Below are positions 1 to 10,777 of a stretch of 64,000 nucleotides of DNA, piece after piece; within the stretch, counting starts at the first letter, position 1; every line of letters starts with the position of its first letter. Origin of the DNA: Eledone cirrhosa (lineage: Eukaryota); contig OZ024764.1 in NCBI GenBank assembly GCA_964016885.1, forward strand, positions 21,018,001-21,082,000, in the 5' to 3' direction. The notes under the pieces are model-generated. The model was not told the DNA's origin and did no database searches. It saw nothing but the letters and a program-made list of their open reading frames with translations. A program made the translations under genes and the position numbers.

Positions 1-700
1 AAGGGAGTGAGTCAGTAAAGGAGACAGCACTGGTTCTAACGGTGGGACTAAAGCGGGGGTTGGGTGGTGAGCTAGCAGTTGTAGGGGTGGTGTGGTTGGC
101 CGGGTTGGATTCGTTCGGAATCTGCCGTGAAGGAGAGGAGGGGTAGGTGGGGTCAAGTTAGCTCCTCTCGTGCATGCTGCAGTTGGTGGAGAATGAGAGG
201 TCGGAGGCTGACCGGTTGTCACATTAGTCGTTCCACCAAGCAGGTCTCTTGGTCGTTCAACGCATGCCACCGCCACCTAGAGTGGACTAGGTTAAAGTGG
301 TGGCAACTTTAGCAATCGGCAATCGCCGGTGATAGTTCGGTCGAAACATCGGGCCACCGGCGGGTTGAACGAATACCTAGGTGGGCTGTGCGCGAGGAGG
401 AAGTAAGGGTTGAGCAAGGGGAGGGATGGAAGGTGGAGAAGGAGTGAGAAGATGATGAGTGCTTGGAGAGGAGTGTGGTCATGTGAGAGGCAGGTAAATA
501 CAGTGGGAGAGAAAGAGCACTGAACATGCAAAGAGAAGGAAAATAAAAACGCTAGAAATACAAAATCTAAGGCTGTGAGTTTGTGTAATAGTTCGCATGG
601 GTAAATCCGCAGTAAAAACCGAAATTGTGAGTTTGTGTAAAAAAGAAAAAAGAAAAAAAACATGGGCAAGACTTGAGTAAAATCAAAACCTGAATGATAG
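1..700 (-). mobile_element. 5' part of CRE-clade non-LTR retrotransposon (continues left of the window)
   Basis: Near-identical to 44012-44700 and 61518-62210, the 5' ends of the RT/RLE elements described below. Confidence 0.75.
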
Positions 701-1163
701 TGATACAAGATGTTTACAATTACGGAGTGATTACATTACTGGACCTGAATTCTATCAAGTGGTCAAAGCTTCTAATTCTGTGAAATAGAATGGAAGTATG
801 GATTGACCTTTCAGTCACACCTGACTATAAATAGATTCAGGTTATTTCAAGAGGGAGATGGGATGGTTCCTCGCCATTTATAATTATTTATATTTTATAT
901 TTGGGGGGTTTGATTTTGAAAAATTGTAAGTGTATGTTAAGGAGGAAAGTATAATTGTGTGATACAATTGCTCCAGGTTGGTTCCCTACGTTGTTGCCAC
1001 AAACAATTCTTTTTTCCTCCGAACATCTGTTATTCCTCTCCGTAGATTATAAATGGTAAAATCCGTTCGATCCAACCGAATGGAAAATCCAGTTCCTTGA
1101 AGAATATTTTGAGTTGTCTCGGACAAAGCAAAAAAAGGGGAAAGTTGAAAATGTTTACCTCGT

Positions 1164-1430
1164 TTGGTGGTCAATTGCCATCTCCCACTGTGTTTTTCTT
1201 TCCTTTATCATTATTGTTCAATAAATTATATTATTATACACAGTTTAGACAATATATTTGTAATGTCTTTCTCAAGGAATTGCCAGCAATTTATAATGTT
1301 ATTTACACACTTATGTTATTTATGTATATATTTAAAACATATTTACAACGTTATTCTACTGTAAATTTATACAATTGTAATAAAATATATTAATTATATC
1401 ATCACATAATATAAAAACGACCTTTACAAT
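1164..1430 (+). mobile_element. 3' UTR remnant of an older plus-strand CRE-like element
   Basis: Same sequence directly follows an RLE-tail coding fragment at 26350; 1310-1370 resembles the reverse complement of the CRE 3' UTR at 41025-41080. Confidence 0.55.
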
Positions 1431-1618
1431 ATTTAAATATTTAGTTTTGTTAATTTATTTTTCAGCAACAACAAAAGTTTTCACTTTAATTAATTAGAGG
1501 TAGGTAAAATATAGATAATTACGATAACATTTTATATTTCCAGTAATGAAACAAACAAGAAAATATATATTTGTGATGTGAAAAGTGAGCTTAAATCTAC
1601 AATATTAATAGACATAAT

Positions 1619-1750
1619 ACTTACATTATAGTCTCAGGTGTTTAGTATTTACAGAAATGTTGTCTAAATGATGTTGTAGGAAGACTAACACGTGGACAGG
1701 AAGTCGACAACAGCACCACTGCGCATGCTTCAATGTTTTTTTGTGACGTA
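1619..1750 (-). promoter_or_regulatory. Promoter and non-coding exon 1 of a ZNF gene lying left of the window
   Basis: Minus-strand donor GTAAGT (1619-1624); CACGTG, CAGGAAGT (ETS-like), TGCGCATGC (NRF1-like) and TGACGT clustered; block recurs four times, once per unit. Confidence 0.65.
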
Positions 1751-1868
1751 AAAATATTTTTACCGAATTAAATTATGTAAAGTTTGTAATAAAAAAAATG
1801 AAAGTTTAAATCAGTAAATGTAATTAAAATAGAGAAAGTAAGGTGTTGGTGATGAAATTAAAATAGGA

Positions 1869-1985
1869 CAGCTAAGTACTCTTACAGAGATCACCGGGTA
1901 TCTCGGTAAGATCGCGTCACGTGGAGGCTAAACCACCAGAACAGCTAAGTACCCTCACAAGAGTCATCGGGTACTTCGGTAAAGC
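1869..1985. repeat. ~73-bp minisatellite (about 2 copies) upstream of the promoter
   Basis: cagctaagtacc..cagagatcaccgggtatctcggtaag repeated. Confidence 0.8.
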
Positions 1986-2289
1986 CAGCCGCCAACAGTG
2001 ACAACAACTTCGTTGTCAGCAGCCCAGCTTCTCAAACATCACAGACTGGAATAAATACTTTTCCGATAATTACTGGTAGTTTAACTTTTATTTCGTTCGT
2101 CTACGGAAGAAGTGACCCTCACTTTTACTACAGCATGTAGGATGTGGGAGGGAGACAAAAACATCACTAACTGGGGTCTCACAAATGTGACAGTTAGTTT
2201 TGAAAATATATATACAACATACAAGACAAATGACTAGACTGAAATATATTTGATAGGGAATAAAGAGTAGAATATTCTAGTCTGGGGTG

Positions 2290-2435
2290 TTGGAGAAGTT
2301 TGGAGGAGATAGGTCCCTGACAACGAGGTTCTTGTTATCGTTGGCAGCTCTCCTTACCGAGGTGTCAGGTGATACATATGAGGGTGTTTGGTAGTTCCAA
2401 CATCTTAGCCTTGCTATCACTCGAGGTAAGACTGT
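2290..2435 (+). mobile_element. CRE-clade RLE C-terminal fragment (copies at ~27863-28008 and ~47249-47395)
   Basis: Translates EKFGGDRSLTTRFLLSLAALLTEVSGDTYEGVW*FQHLSLAITRGK, aligning to ETFGGVGPLTARFLSSLAARLIEVT...WLFQHLSLAI of the element at 41.2-41.4 kb. Confidence 0.75.
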
Positions 2436-2839
2436 CTCAGAAAGTATTAGAGGGAGATTCCGGCACCCCATGTGATGTGAGACTGATTGACAGAGTGTTG
2501 ACTTAATATTTTCATTTGTTGTGATTCTATGTGAAATATATCTCTATGTAAGTAACTTGGTTACGTGAATCATTGTGAATCTCGTAAATACTTAAACAGA
2601 AATCTACTTAGGACACAAAATAAAGTAGATTCCATTGAACAAAGTATCTAAAGAATGTATGTCAAAAAGAAGAGGGGGATGAAACGAGAGTTCTCTTTCC
2701 TTACATATGTTTTATGTTTGACAGTAGTAGAGGTATATATGTGTTTGTCTGTCTCTCTCTCGGTATAAACTACCATTTGCACTGCCTCTGTTTTTTGTTC
2801 CTGTCTAATATTTAACTATATATATATATATATATATAT

Positions 2840-3009
2840 CTTGAGGTTGTGAGTTCGCTTCTTGGACCAGGCGATGCGTTATGTCCTTGAGCAAGAGACT
2901 TTATATCACGTTGTTCCTTCTACCTGGAGTTGCGACCGTTAGTACTAGCATTTGGAAAGACCAATGGAAACATTGCTTCCTCGGTCCGATTTGACGAAAG
3001 TCGATCGTT
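2840..3009 (+). mobile_element. 5'-truncated tRNA-derived SINE
   Basis: Reverse-complement match to the SINE at 47712-47925; B-box-like GAGTTCGCTTC. Confidence 0.65.
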
Positions 3010-3029
3010 CCTTCATATATATATATACA

Positions 3030-4771
3030 CTGTGGTACCTTGACTTACGAGTTTAATTTGTTCCGTGGAGGACCTCGTAACTTAAATTACTCGTATGTCA
3101 AATCAATTTTCCCCACTGAAATAAATTAAAATGCCATTAATCCGTTCCAGATCCCCAAAAACCGCAGTTTGTTTTGTTACGCGTTTTTAAATAAGAAAAA
3201 TGTACTTATAAATAACAAATATTGTATATAAAAAACAATACAATAGAATGTACTACAATAAACTGGTTTTATTAAGTATAAAGTACAGCATCTATCTTGG
3301 AGATCAGACGACTTGAGGATGTTGACGGAAGAGAAAGGATGAACTGAATAACTGAATCTTATTCGCTGATTTTTGCCCTTTTCGTCACGCTTTCCTCATT
3401 TTTATCTGCAGGGATTTTCGATAAGAACCTGTCTAATGGGGTTTGTTTCATCTCACTTGTTGAGATAACCTCCTCTGTGTCACCTATTTCCTGCAAAAAC
3501 TCCGTGTGTTGCTGTGTCTGTAGCTCCTTTAATTCCTTCGTTGTCAGTTCCTCGGGGTGCTCCTCGATGAGCTCGTTGATGTCACCTTCATCCATGTCCA
3601 GGCCCATGGAGTTACCGAGGGTTACAATCTCCTCCACCACTGCCGCTTCGGGTTCCAGTCTTTCAAAGTCTGTTTTAGACACAACCTCAGGCCACAGCTT
3701 CTTCCATGTAGAGGTCAAGGTCCTCTTTGTAAGACCCTGCCAGGTCATAATTCTGAGGCATATCACGATGTTATAATGGTCCTTCCAGACCTCTCAAGGG
3801 TGAAGTTTGGGCTCTCCGTCACTTCAAAGCAGCGACTGAACAGGTGCTTGGTGAAGAGCTTCTTGAAATTAGAAAGTACCTGCTGGTCCTTGGTCTGTAG
3901 GATAGGGGTGGTGTTTGGTGGAAGGTAGAGAACCTTTATAAACTTGAACTCTTCGAGGTTGGGTGGATGAGCAGGTGCATTATGTAGGATAAGAAGGGTT
4001 TACAGGGGAAGGTTATTTTCCTGGAGATATTTTTTAACGTCAGGACCAAAGACCAAATTCACCCACTCCACAAAAAACTACCTGGTGACCCATGACCTCG
4101 GGTTTGCCCTCCACATAACCTGCAGTTTTTCTTTCAGAATCTTATGTGACTTAAAGTTTTCCGAATGATAAACGAGCAGCGGCTTAATCTTACACTCGCC
4201 TCTCAGTGGCACACAGTGCAGGGGTTAGCCTATCCTTCATGGGTTTGTGGCCAGGCATCCTCTTCTCCTCTGCCATTATATAAGTCCTCCTTGGCATCTT
4301 CTTCCAAAAAAGTTCTGTTTCATCACAGTTAAAGACTTGCTGAGGGATGTATCCTTCGGCTGCTATAATTCCGGCAAAGGTTTTGAGGTAATCCTCAGCT
4401 GCCTTCATATCCGCGCTCGCTGCCTCACCATGCCTGACAACGGAGTGAATGCCGGTCCTCTTTTTAAAATTCTCAAACCAACCCCGACTGGCATTAAAGG
4501 GCTTGCCGATGCCTCGTCCGTAGAAGTACCTGGAGTCTGCTGCAGCAAATCAGCGTAAATAGCTCGTGCCTTCTCACATATTATAATCTTCATCACGGTA
4601 TCTCTTGCGGTATTGCCTGTGGCGGTCACTATGGCAACTCGTGGCGGGGCATCTGAAGCTGACTCGTAACCCGAATTTTACTCTGGAACTCAACGCAAAA
4701 AATCAGCCGAAAGAGGACTCGTATCTCGAAAAACTTATTAGTTGGGACACTTGTAAGTCAAGGTACCACTG
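3030..4771 (-). mobile_element. Tigger/pogo (Tc1-mariner) DNA transposon with degraded transposase
   Basis: TIRs CTGTGGTACCTTGACTTACGAG...CTTGTAAGTCAAGGTACCACTG in TA-rich flanks; DDE motif QVFNCDETELFWKKMPRRTYI in broken ORFs 4629-3359. Confidence 0.9.
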
Positions 4772-4844
4772 AATATATATATATATTTCTGTTTGTGTGT
4801 GTGTATATGTATCTTCTGATTACTGAAGCTGGCGCATTAGATTT

Positions 4845-5270
4845 CACTGCCAACACTGTAAAGAGGTTGTGTAGGTGTCACAACAAAAAGTACCCAATCC
4901 ACACTGTAAAGTGGTCACATTGGTATCATGGAAAAAAGTACCCAGTCCACCCTGTAAAGTGGTACTGTAGGTGTCACGATAAAAAGTACCCAGTACTCAC
5001 TGTAAAGTGGTCATGTAGGTGTCATGACAGAAAGTAAAAAAGTACCCAGCCCACACTGTGAAGTGGTCGAGTTGGTGAGATAGTAAAAAGCACCCAGTAC
5101 TCAATGTAAATAAGGTTGGTGCTAGGAAGGGCATCCAGCTGTAGAAACCAAACCAAAATTGGTTTTGTAGGAGCAACACGTGGTCACCTGACCTGGCATT
5201 GCTTACAACAGGATAACTCGTCTAACCCATGCCAGCGTGGAAAAACTGATGTAAAACAGTGATGATGATA
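4845..5270 (+). mobile_element. RTE-related SINE with internal ~48-bp tandem repeats and (GAT)n tail
   Basis: aaaagtacccagtccacactgtaaagtggtcatgtaggtgtcac repeats, then ggaagggcatccagctgtagaa and RTE-like 3' end ...gtaaaacagtgatgatgat. Confidence 0.75.
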
Positions 5271-5672
5271 TAACATTTGTTTAATAATGAATTCCAATCT
5301 CATTGTTAACAGCTATAGATGTCAGGATGTGAACCTTCTTACTGAAATATCTTCTCCATGTTAGTGGCTGAAGAAGATTTAGAAAACTTTCACACAATAA
5401 CCGTATTTCCTAACTTCTCCCCTAAAAAATACAAGACAAGCAGGGCCAGACTTTACCTACTGAAGCCCTAAGCTATATAAAATTAGAGGTTCTTCTCTAA
5501 AAATATATAATTATCTTTTATATTAATGTTAATGATAAAGAATAAATAATATAATAAATATACCACCATAGGTGCTGAGGTGGCTAGCTGCTGGTGTGAA
5601 CCTCACAAGATGGAATAGCTCTTCCAGCACATCTAGAACATGACCCTCTAATATCTAGTATTTAGTAACAAA

Positions 5673-5997
5673 CTAGACCACCCGGGACCTGTTGGGTCAC
5701 GTTGCCTTAAAATTATCTTTTAAGTTATTTAAAAATAATTTTTAAATAGTTAAAATATACACATACGTATATATATATATACACACACACACACACATTT
5801 TATTAAACAACACCACCAGCGCCCACTCTCTCCCTATATTTATGAAGGTACCCAGAAAACCCCGTATCTTGGGAACCTGTGCTCCAATTTAAACAAATCT
5901 TGTTTTATTCCTTTCAAAGTATTTCCCCATTATGCACTGTTTTAGCTGTATTAAATTACGGACAAGACACAATCACAGAGTTTTAGTAGTATATAGA
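5673..5997 (-). mobile_element. Non-autonomous Helitron (copies at 10967-11344, 16313-16690, 33725-34122, 50181-50887)
   Basis: Minus strand reads A|TCTATATACTACT...subterminal GC-rich hairpin...CTAG|T, with no TSD. Confidence 0.75.
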
Positions 5998-6019
5998 TAA
6001 TATAGCTTCAAATTAAAGT

Positions 6020-6490
6020 TAGTAAACGACAGTTTGGAGAAATCTGTAACATTTATTAAACATTCCTCAAGTTTGTCAATTCTATAGCACAATAGTTTGT
6101 TAGTTAAAGTGTTTAGTTAGATGTTCTACATATAAAGAAGAGAGAATACTTTACCACAAATATTAGTGGTATATGATTTTCCCATCTCTTCTGGAAAATA
6201 TTCCTATGTTGATGTAAATATTTCTATTGTTCATAATTTTATCAAATGTGATCTTTGTCAATATCCAAATGTTTTGAAAACTCCTTTGTAAATATCCAAA
6301 GTTTAATCAGAATGTAAAATCATCTTGTAAATATTCCAGACAGTGAAAAAGGAATATGTTGTTATTTATCTCAATTCAGAAGAAATATTTCACCATAATT
6401 CACCACAGACTAAACAAGTTTATATCACTTGTATGTAACATCTTTCTGTTGTCTTTAAAAGACTCTTTTCTGTCAAGTTCATGTGATATT
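6020..6490 (-). pseudogene. Finger-less paralog of the ZNF large-exon leader (copies ending at ~11837, 17186, 34618; partial at 53.0-53.26 kb)
   Basis: TTTCAG|AATA acceptor as in the ZNF exon; colinear shared blocks tttaaagac, ctgtctggaatat, atattgacaaagat, tagaaatattt; candidate upstream donor at ~6614. Confidence 0.55.
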
Positions 6491-7517
6491 CTGAAATAGT
6501 AGAGAAACATTATTAAGATATTTAGAAAGTAGACAAACAACAGTGAAAACTTTACTACATCTCTATATTAATAGATATAAACCTTACATGGTGACACAAA
6601 CACTGCAACACTAACTTACAGGAAAGCATCTAGTTACTTGATCTAGTTACTTCAATCAGGTGAAGAGATAAACTAGATTGACTTCATTCTCATCAGAAAA
6701 CAGGATAGACAGATGGTTGGGAATATTAACTCCTTTACTGGAGAAGGACGTACCACTCAACATAGACTAGATACTAGGTGTAATATCTAGAGGGACTGAT
6801 AGATACAAGACTACGTGGAGAAAGAAGGGTTGGAGAGTAAAAGATCTCCCTGTTTAACATAACATCTAGAGGGACTGTGAGAGGTACAAGACAACCTAGA
6901 GAAAAGGATAGGGACAGTAAAAGATCTCACTCGAGGTAAGACTGCCTCAGAAAGTATTAGAGGGAGACTCCGGCACCCCATGTGATGTGAGACTGATTGA
7001 CAGAGTGTTGACTTAATATTTTCATTTGTTGTGATTCTAGGTGAAATATATCTCTATGTAAGTAACTTGGTTACGTGAATCATTGTGAATCTCGTAAATA
7101 CTTAAACAGAAATCTACTTAGGACACAAAATAAAGCAGAGTCCATTGTACAAAACACATAAAGAACGGATATCAAAAAGAAGGGTGAATGCAACTAGAGT
7201 TGTCTCCCCTTACATATGTTTTACCGTAGTGTACGTTTGTGTGTTTCTCTCTCACTATATATATATAAATATATGTATTTTTTTTACGATCGACTTTCCG
7301 TCAAATCGGACCGAGGAAACAATGTTTCCATTGGTCTTTCCAATTGCTAATACTATCTATCTGTCGCAACTCCAGAAGACTACAAAAGAATGTCTCATAC
7401 TTCTTTGAAAGATGTTTTCAAACAAACACGTGTACAAAATCCTATTGTGTTAAAAGTAATAATTACGTATGAAACAAATTATTCATTAAAGTAATTAGCA
7501 AATACGTTTTTATATAT

Positions 7518-7880
7518 GGTGTCTAGCAAGGGGACCCACTCGCCTCACTCCTATTGGTGGTGACAGTTGACAACATGGTCTAGTTACCCCTGTCTGGTAC
7601 CTAGATGACACAACCCTGAGTGGCCCGGCTGTGACAGGTTAAGGCCTCTCTATACCCCAGTATATTACAGTCCAACATAACTGGGATGACATCAATTGTA
7701 GGTCTCTTCACACCGGTCACCATCGAGACCTCAGAAGTACTTGGACCCCGTACTGCCAAGCTCCTCTGTAAGATCAGTACGTTGGTGGCCCTTCTGAAGA
7801 GGGTGCCCCATGAGGTTGGGGTGGCTGTTGCAGTGGGTGTCACTGTCCATCGTCCGGGGCGAATACTTTTGCAGTCTTAT
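7518..7880 (+). mobile_element. Internally deleted CRE-clade remnant (copies 12865-13227, 28583-28935)
   Basis: GV*QGDPL and VWYLDD RT motifs followed by RLE tail FTPVTIETSEVLGPRTAKLL...WLLQWVSLSIVRG. Confidence 0.7.
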
Positions 7881-8082
7881 CCACAGGGCACAGCACTTCT
7901 GCCCCCTTGACCTAGACCCAAAGCTCAATTATTTGCTTTTTGCTGTGAGGACTTTCGTAGTTAGTTCTTTTATGACCCTTCTTTGAAATGTAGTCTTTGA
8001 CTCATGTGGTGATCTCCTGGTAGTTAATGTAGCAGAACACACTGAAGGATATGCTGCCCTCCCTAGTGTTGGTAACCTACAT

Positions 8083-9465
8083 CAGACATGTCAAACATGC
8101 GGCCCTTTGCAAGCAAACCTGCGGCCCACACAAAGGTTTTTACAGTGCGAGCATGTTTCATTTTCGTAATATAAAATTTAGAACATTTTCGATACAATTG
8201 TTTTTTTGGTGCAATTTTTGTCAACTACTTTTAACTTCCATTAATCACGTGCAGCTCATTAACAGAAAACTTTCTTTCAAAATTTCAAAAGATTTTGTTT
8301 TTGAAATGGTTAGTGCTCCTCCAGCTAAGAGAAAAAGGAAATTGAACGAAGAAGGGCAACTGTTTCAAGAAAAGTGGGAATTACAGTATTTTTGCTCAAC
8401 GCTGAACAGAAAGATACACTGTTTAATTTGCAACAACTACATGTCCACACCAAAAGAGTACAATTTAAAAAGACATTATGAAACAAACCCACGATCTTAC
8501 GATAAATATGAAGGCCCAATGTGTGTTTCAAGACTCAAGGAATTGAAGTCTAACTTGACACAGCAACAGACCTGTTTTATGTTAATTCAGGAAGAGGATG
8601 TGACTTCTGTTACTGCAAGCTATGAACTCAGTCAAATGATTGCCATGAGTGGGAAATCTTACAGTGAAGGAGATTTTGTAAAGCAATGTCTTGTAAAAAC
8701 AGCTGAAATTGTCCAGAGCAAGCAGAGTTATTCAAAGACATTTCATTAACCAGGAACACTGTTGCTCAACAGATTAATGAAATGTCAGGTGATCTGAAAC
8801 AACAGTTAAAGGCTGTATCATCAAGGTTTGAACATGTTTCTATTGCTATTGAAGAGACTTGACATCACTGGAATAGTACAGCTTGCATTCTTCATCAGAG
8901 CCTGTGACAGTGAATTTAATATTTATGAAGAACTGATTGAACTGGTCCTCAAGCATGACACTATAACAAGCCAGGACATCTTTGAGAAGGTCAAGCAGGG
9001 TCTGCATGGTTTTGATCTGAGTAAACTTGCATGTTTATCTACTGACAGTGCTGCAAATATGGTTGGTAGACATAATGGTGTTGCTGCCAAGTTACAAACA
9101 AAAATAGAAAACTCATATCTAGATTCATCATTTGCACATTTTCACTGTATTATTCATCAGCAAAATTTATGTTCAAAGATTTTAAAATTGCATCATGTGC
9201 TTAGCTTGGTCACAAAGACAGTGAACTAAATCAGAGGCCGTGCTCTCAACCACCGTCAGTTCAGCCAGTTGTTGGAAGATATGGATAATCAGTTCACCGA
9301 AGTTCCATTCTACACAGAAGTCTGCTGGTTGACATGTCACAAAGTGCTGAAAAGATTCTATTTGTTGAAATAATTATGTTTTGGGAGATGAAAGGTCAAA
9401 ACACAGGTGAAATAAAAGATGAAAGTTGGCTCCAACATCTGGCTTTTGTTGTGGATATTACTGCA
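8083..9465 (+). mobile_element. hAT (Charlie/SPIN/GTF2IRD2-like) transposon, 3'-deleted
   Basis: TIR CAGACATGTCAAAC; BED-like CLICN..NLKRHYET, TDSAANMVG and HCIIHQQNLC motifs; frameshifted. Confidence 0.9.
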
Positions 9466-9699
9466 TCTAGCCATAGAAAGCTTACCCGACAATAGTGTTG
9501 GAGAATCCTTCAATCATGACAAAGACATGACAACCTTTTCTGTGCACTCAGTAGCAAATGAGACCTTATGTAAATAAGTCTCAGATCCTTGGTCTGTCTG
9601 GGAGATCAGTAGCCTCACTTCAGTACATACTTGGTTGAAGTAGACTCATTAAACCCTTGCTAGCAGGGAAATCTGATGTTGATGATGTAACCTCAACCT

Positions 9700-10230
9700 C
9701 TTCTTATTAATCCACTTATTCCAGAGAGGGTCTTGGGGGCAGAGTCCTCAAACACTCCCTCCAACAGGTCCTGTCAGAAGCAACCCACTCCAACTGATCT
9801 GGCTGGATCTCCCAGAGAGACCAGCCAAGCTCATGGATATTATGTGACCATCTTGCTCAGGTCTACCCCTGGGTCTCCTGCCGGTTAGTTTTGCCTGTAA
9901 AATCTATCCAGTGATTCTTTCCTCAGACATTCTAACCACATGGCCATAGTATTGCAGCTGTGATCTCTCAATTCGGAGAAGTAACAGCTCCACCTGGAGT
10001 GACTCTCTGATCTCAGAGCTATGCACTTTATTGAGAAAAGTTCCTTCAAAGACCCTTTAGAGGAATCCCATATCTGCCACTTGTATTCCCAATCATATTC
10101 TTTTGGTCATTACCCAAGATATGTGACCATAGCTAAGGGTTGGCACAAAAACCTAATTGAAGACAGCAAGTTTGGCTTTTATGCCTACCTCCCTTCTTCT
10201 GATTACTGAATATTGGAGCTGGTGCATTAC
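9700..10230 (-). mobile_element. RTE-clade (Expander/Rex3-like) 3' fragment (copies ~15050-15580, 31490-31630, 48610-49140)
   Basis: Minus strand encodes LLRIERSQLQYYGHVVRM...RRPRGRP..RWSHNIHELGW, an RTE C-terminal region. Confidence 0.65.
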
Positions 10231-10239
10231 TGATATTTC

Positions 10240-10777
10240 ACTGCCCACACTGCAAAGTGGTTGGGTAGGAGATATGACAAAAAGCACCCAACCCACACTG
10301 TAGAGAACACACAGCCAACATTATAAGGTGGTCATGTAGGTGATATGACAAAAAGAAACCAGCCCACACTGCAAAGAACACACAGTCAACATTATGAGGT
10401 GGTCATGTAGGAGATATGACAAAAAGCACCCAACCCACACTGTAAAGAACACAGTCAACATTATAAGGTGGTCATGTAGATGTTACGACAAAAAGTACCC
10501 AGCCCACACTGTAAAGTGGTCATATAGGTGACAACAAAAAGAACCCAGCCAAAACTTTAAAGTGGTCTTGTAGGTGTCACAACAAAAAGCACCCAGTCCA
10601 CACTATAAAGTGGTCATGTAGGTGTCACAACAAAAAGTAACCAGTCCACACTATAAAGTGGTCATGTAGGTGTCACGACAAAAAGCAGCCAGTGCAAACT
10701 GTAAAGTGGTCATGTAGGTGTCAACAAAAAGTACCCAGTCTACACTGTAAAGTGGTTCTGTAGGTGTCACAACAAAA
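10240..10777 (+). repeat. ~48-bp tandem array derived from the RTE-related SINE body (copies 15586-16123, 31630-33540 interrupted, 49150-49600)
   Basis: Repeated aaaagcacccagcccacactgtaaagtggtcatgtaggtgtcacgac with variants. Confidence 0.85.

Noticed and set aside
1097-1393. Recurrent 66-98 aa ORFs near each promoter
   Set aside because: AT-rich TE 3' UTR; recurrence reflects unit duplication
1617-1630. U1 snRNA 5' end or spliced-leader RNA gene as CRE target
   Set aside because: ATACTTAC is simply the complement of a splice donor; no snRNA body or SL structure recognisable
3359-4629. TIGD/CENP-B-like host gene
   Set aside because: Fragmented ORFs between TIRs
8051-9229. Domesticated GTF2IRD2/ZBED-like host gene
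   Set aside because: TIRs and TSD are present and the ORF has frameshifts and stops, so it is a decayed hAT
10240-10777. CRISPR-like appearance of the 48-, 62-, 73- and 82-bp arrays
   Set aside because: Head-to-tail repeats without unique spacers, no cas genes, eukaryotic context
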